NCBI GenBank assembly: GCA_002269645.1
Contig: NIVC01000264.1
Span: forward strand, 186,001 to 250,000
Origin: Macrostomum lignano
Lineage: Eukaryota
Length of the DNA stretch: 64,000 bases
Direction of reading: 5' to 3'
This document shows, piece after piece, positions 58,811 to 64,000 of this stretch (within the stretch, counting starts at the first letter, position 1; every line of letters begins with the position of its first letter). Both the position numbers and the translations under genes were made by a program. The notes beneath the pieces were generated by a model. That model ran no database searches, had not been told where the DNA came from, and saw nothing but the letters and a program-made list of their open reading frames with translations.

Positions 58811-61800
58811 TCAGCCAATGTAAATTTCAGCTGCGTTCTCCAGCTTGTACTCAGAGTTCTCATACTCTGTTGCCGCATCCTGAGGTCTCCCAGAAGCTGA
58901 TCCTCCGCCTCGGCTCAACTGAAAGCGAAGTTTGCTGCGGATTATGCTTACGCGAATAGTACGAGGGCTGTCCCAAAAGTAGTGTTAGTTTTCTTTATAT
59001 CTTTCATTATGATGATCCAAATAACACCATTTTGCACCGTTTTGTAGTGGCAACTCTCTTCTTCATGTATATGAAATCCGAATTGCTTATTTTTGTAGCT
59101 TTCTCTTGAGCCGGGCCGAATGCGGTGCAGCTAGTCGGCGAAGCCCCGACTGGGGTGTGGGGGCGAAGCCCCCACATTGGAACCATAGACAAATTTTCCA
59201 TAAATTTAAGACAGTACTAGCTAGACGAAATCCTGATGAGACCTGATGAGCTTGATGAGACCGCTTTGGAGCGCAGAATGCTAGAGAGCTCACCTGAGTC
59301 TACACGAGCAAAAGAAAAGTGGGCGATGAATGTGTTCCGGACGTGAAAGGAGAATCGTGTCCAACTGCAAATGCAAGGCCGTCTGTCAGGACTCGCGGTG
59401 ATTAAGCCTGTCGAAGAGCTTACAAAGAATGAGATCAACGAACTGTTGCACTTCTTCGTTTTTGAGGTGAGGAAGGAGAATGGCGAAAAATATCCGCCGG
59501 GAACTCTGAAAAACTTGGTATCGATGATCCAACACTTTTACGTGAGCCTGTCGCTTCTGGAGATTCCAGCTGCGGAAACCGGTTGTGGAGATTCCGGTTT
59601 CCGCAGGTGTCAAGTCTATCATCATTGATGGAGCTAAAATCGAAATTCAGTTTAAGTGAGTTTGTGAAACGTTAAATGCACTGCCTATTATTGAAAAAAA
59701 AACGTAATATGTTTCCTAGATAACCCTACCAATTGTCCATGGCTTAGCTAGAAAATTGATTTTTTGTTGCTTCGTTATACAGTATATAATAACAGTTTTT
59801 TTGTTGCATCCAAGTACACTGTCTAGTTCTGTTTAGTCTATGGTTCAAACTGCTTTCATTCAGGGACCATCAAATCATTTGATGTGCCTGAAATTATAGC
59901 ACTTTAAACCATAGACTAGGCTTTCCTGGCTCAGAATGAGCCCAATAAATGTCAATAAAATAAGTAATCGGATTTTATATAAGATCACGGTAGTTTAATG
60001 CGCATTCTATGGTAGAAAGTCCTCGGCCACACTTAATGGTCCTCGGCTCGCTTCGCTCGCCTCGAGACCATCAACTGCAGCCTCGGACTTTCTAACCCTA
60101 GAATGCGCATTAAACATCCATGATTATATACAAGATATATCGTGGTTTTCAGGTCGGTATTTGTTTAAATGAAATTAATGAAATATATGGTTAACAATTA
60201 ATGCCGAACAAGTTTGGACCATAGACAAAGCCACAAAACAAAACAAGCGTCAGATTAGGATTATAGAGGACTGGAGTCAACAATAGATTAAGTTTCAGTC
60301 GGGTGTAAAAGTGTCAGCGAGCAAAGTAGCGTAGGAGGCTTGTCTGTTTATTATTGATGATGACAGTTGCAGTCCTTGAACTTAAAGCTCACGGTAGTCT
60401 GGCCCGTCTATAGTCTATGGCTTATAGCCAAGGCCTCTCACTGGCAGCGTATTAAGAATTCTAAGAGCATCGGAGCCATAGACGAAAATGGACTTCAAAC
60501 TGGATGGGGGTATGGGTCCCGGGATTTATTCGAAAACATCCCCTCCCTGAGCAACAATTAAATTACATCCATGATTTTTGGCGCAGCAAAATGAAGGAAA
60601 AAGCAATGAAGCTGAAGCCCAGTGGGAAATATCTGCTGCTTTAAAAATTTTTATGGTTCTCAAAGTTTCTCCATAGATGTCTCTTTATCAAAGCAGCCTA
60701 ACAAATAAGTCTGAGTGGCATTCAATCAAAAGTACTTTCGCTACTTTCCACTAGCTTGTTGCCCTGTGGTCGAGTTTGTGCTGCATTTTGTTCATAAATT
60801 TTGGTTCCATTGTTTTTAAAGCTGTTAAAGTTAATATGAAGAAGAGAGTTGCCGCTATAAAATTGTGCAAAATGATGTTTTTTGGATCACTACTTTTGGC
60901 CTCGTAAAAATTGATTACACCTGCCCCAATTGGCAGATGTGCAACCGACAGCTCAGCCGCAGCTATTGCGCGGCGCATCTGAAGGCTGCGTACGGCTGTT
61001 CAGTCCAAGGACTGGAGGGTCGCCACAGACACTCTCAATTACCCCAGCTAATGCTGGCGCCCATTTTACAGCTGGGTGAACACTAATTGTTTCTTGTTGG
61101 TTGAGAATCGAACCCCTGACCTTCAAGTCGTGAGTCCTACGCTCTGACCTCTACAACCACCTTGTAGCCGACGCTTACGCTAAAAGCGAAACAGTGACAA
61201 AAATAAGCATCAAGTCTGCATCAAGCAGCCACTCACCATTTCAGTTTGCTCCGCAGTGCCTTGCATCTGTTGAGCAGGTGTCGCCTGAAAACGGACACCT
61301 GTCAACTACAATTATAAAATAATCAAGTACTTTTCGTAAACATTTTCTATGTGATGCCAGGTGATTTCAGAGTTGGTAATTCACAAACAGATCTCACTCG
61401 GAACAAAGCGCAAAGGAGGCTGGATGCAGCAAAGCCGATCCCAAAGAAAGCAGCTGCACAGGCTGCGTGCCCTTTTGCGCCGAGTTCACTCAGCTTTCCT
61501 GGGCAGCTCAGTCGAGCTCTGGCGCTGTGGACTTGCCTGAACTCGATTCCTTCCGGGAGAGTCTGCACCGCACTGCAGGTGACCAGAGCACGGCTCAGTC
61601 CTTCATCATCAGTGTCCAGTTTCCATTGGCTGACTGAGCCATCCCTGCTCGAGCTCTGCTCGACCAGTGTCAGGCGAGTGAGATTTCCTATGAGCAATTC
61701 ATCGGATTCAGCGCTGCATCTGTGCTTAGGCAGCGGCTTAGAGACAGAGGATGAGAATATAACGATTATGTCAGACAGTCTCTGACAATTGTCGGACGTC

Positions 61801-63387
61801 AGCACTGAGATTAACACGGTTGACGGCGGGTCTGTAAGGTGGGGATCAGTGAAATGGCCTTATCCATGCTCTGGTTTAGGAAAACCCACATAAAATATGT
61901 CCTTCAATAACAGATGATTAACAACATTAACAAGAAAACATTTGACTTCTTCCAAAAGTTGCTATCTTCCTCATCCAAACTACGGTGACTTGCAAGTCTG
62001 ACTTGAGACAGGTGCAAAAACTCATCAACTTATTTGAAGGTAAACCCTTCGTAATCTTCTAAATACCGGATTTTGCCATTTTACAATTTACATAATCCTT
62101 AAAAGTGATTTTATTGCTCCTATAAAGAAATGCAAATGGTTCTGCAGAACCTCGAGCTCACACAGCACAGCGACTGTCGTGCGCGTCTCCACAGAGCCCA
62201 GTCTGCAGGTGTAGCTTCCAGCGTGCTGAGGCTGCGCTCTGGGAACCCGCAGCTCCTGTGATGCAGTGCAGCTGCCGTTTGGAAAGCAGAGCTGCTGCTG
62301 CTGCACATTGGATGGCGTGAAAGTCGGCTTGCCTCCACATAGCTGAGTACAGCTGACAATGAAGCTGGAGTTCTCAGCCAGAGCACCAGGTCCTGACAGC
62401 TCTGCAATGCAGATCAGAGTTTCATGGGGTTCGCATAGATGATTCAAATCAGTTTTGTTGCTTCTACGGGTAACAGGTGCAAAGTGTATTAAATAAATCC
62501 TATATTTTCCCTCACTCAGCTGCACTGTTTGAAGCATCAGGTCAGTAAAGCTCAAGAAGTCATGGTAACTCGAACTGTTTGCTGCAGCAACGTTTTTACG
62601 AAGCAGCAGGTGCCTCATCTGGAATTCGTTTTATTACAGATCATAATTCAGATGCTGAAGTTTCCATGCAACAAGAGGCGTAGATAAAAATGATTATAAT
62701 AACTTCTTACCTTTGCAACGCAGTTTACAGTAAAGATCTCCCCAGCTGCGATCTGTGAATTGTTGCTCTCCGTGACCCCACACAGTCTCCAGTGCTGCTG
62801 GGACTCTCTGAACTGGCTGCTCATGCTCATTGAGCTGCAGTGATCTCCTGAGAACAGCTGGCTGCTGCTGTCTGATGTCCAGATCTCAACGCCTCTGGCT
62901 CTTTCAAAGACCCACGATGCACCATCTGGAATGCGAGAGCACCGTGAGCAGAGACAGCAGACTTGGAGCACGCATTTGAGTGAGTGATTCACCCTCTCTG
63001 CTCTTCACAGTCACAGATCTGATGAGCAGTGACTCATCCAGCTGCACTGCGAACCAGTGAAACCCGCCGTCTGCTGAGCTCTTTTCTTTGCTGTGGAAGA
63101 ACCGGTAGCTAAAGGTTTTGTTTTTGAGCACGGATTCCTCATCAGTGTGGCTTCTGTTGAAAAAGCAAGTCGGGCCGTCATCAAAGGACGACTGCCAGGT
63201 GCTCAGGACGCGGCTCTGGCGAATCGGGAACTCACCTGCAATGGTGAGCACAGGAAGTCAAGCACAAATTGGTAATTTGTTTTAGCATAGCATGAGATTC
63301 AGTAGCAAGCACAGACTTACAGTCTCCGTAGACTGTAGCGCTCACCGATGCCATCAGCAGCGACATCAAACGGAGCCAGGATCTCAT
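58811..63387 (-). CDS. Type I membrane receptor: signal peptide, F-type (fucolectin-like) lectin domain, Ig-like domain(s), TM, Tyr-bearing tail (copy B, ~485 aa). Exons 63387-63321, 63235-62993, 62925-62711, 62618-62516, 62401-62162, 61831-61398, 61284-61237, 58918-58811
   Basis: Signal MRSWLRLMSLLMASVSATVYG; FH...HWFAVQLDESLLIRSVTVKSRE|DGASWVFERARGVEIWTS...LCG fits the FTL W..V.L....I..V....R.D...ER pattern; Ig ...QHAGSYTCRLG...TVAVLY|PP; TM AACAAAFFGIGFAASSLLCALF; tail EYENSEY...EIYIG*. Splice phases close the frame. Exon 61831-61398 may hide an intron. Confidence 0.7.
59180..59846 (+). mobile_element. Crypton-like (DUF3504 tyrosine-recombinase family) non-autonomous element with a decayed N-terminal ORF (~59237-59560)
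   Basis: SPESTRAKEKWAMNVFRT*...LTKNEINELLHFFVFEVRKENGEKYPPGTLKNLVSMIQHF matches the Crypton/ZMYM/KCTD1 motif; TGA replaces the conserved Trp; 11-bp inverted ends GAACCATAGAC / GTCTATGGTTC. Confidence 0.75.
59976..60129. repeat. Palindromic hairpin element
   Basis: Arms TTTAATGCGCATTCTA.GGTAGAAAGTCC / GGACTTTCTAACCCTAGAATGCGCATTAAA around a GGCTCGCTTCGCTCGCC core. Confidence 0.7.
60913..61161 (-). mobile_element. tRNA-derived CORE-like SINE, copy 2
   Basis: Co-linear with 14689-14977; B box GGTTCGATTCTC; lacks ~35 bp of the post-tRNA linker. Confidence 0.8.
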
Positions 63388-64000
63388 TGACAAGTACTTT
63401 CTTCAAGATTTTATTCTCTTCTGAAGTGTCTTGTTGGCGGCGACGTATTCGGGAAAAATTCGAAAACGAACCTACGCTCGTAATTTAGCGATCTTTTGTT
63501 TAAAGTCTTTCGGACGGTCACGTGATTCACAGCATATGCATTCCTAGCCCGCCCAGTTGATGTTACCGTCCGAATATAGCCAACTGCTGCCAAGAATACC
63601 CTGCAGGAATCTTAAACTCATTCACCACTAGCAATTGCAACCAGTTTAACTGAGGTTAATAAGTGTTTGTTCCAGTCAGAAATTGGACAGCGCCTCCGTC
63701 TAAAAATTCACTAATTTGGATGCATTCGGCGCAGCTTACTGTGGTTGACAAGTAAAAATAGACACTAATTTATAAGCAAAAACCAAATTCACGGATGTCG
63801 AAGACTTTGCGCGACGAATCTGACAGAATTCATGATTGAATTTTTTTTGGCGCTTTGATAAACAAAAACTTGAACGTGAAAATTATTTCAAAGTTTTCTT
63901 AAACATCAGAATAAATACCTATTTATGTAGCAGAAAAAAATCCATTTGGACGCAACATATTCATTATAAATGAAGTTAATGTGCCACTCTGAAATGTTCA

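Noticed and set aside
58960-58985. TACGAGGGCTGTCC mariner-like terminus
   Set aside because: No matching opposite TIR or transposase was found.

Overview
Eukaryotic (animal) genomic DNA with GT-AG spliceosomal introns, GC-rich exons and a different minisatellite in most introns. This style suggests a macrostomid flatworm such as Macrostomum (inference, not shown by the sequence). I rebuilt gene models by hand from splice sites and reading phase. Minus strand: TMEM220, RMI1, a membrane-associated collagen (MACIT, collagen XIII/XXIII/XXV-like) ending in an Arg-rich tail exon, an hnRNP Q/R-like gene, and an F-type-lectin + Ig type I receptor. Plus strand: an endophilin-B-like gene with no visible SH3 domain, RNF113A/Cwc24, and a disrupted paralog of the lectin-Ig receptor that shares a near-identical 287-bp tract with the intact copy. 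Mobile DNA: several MITEs with readable TIRs and TSDs (one a 49-bp element nested in another), two copies of a tRNA-derived CORE-like SINE, a Crypton-like fragment and a LINE 3' fragment. Two AT-rich, CpG-poor domains separate the divergent gene pairs. Most long ORFs in the supplied track are tandem-repeat artefacts. All protein identifications rest on remembered family motifs; no database search was run.
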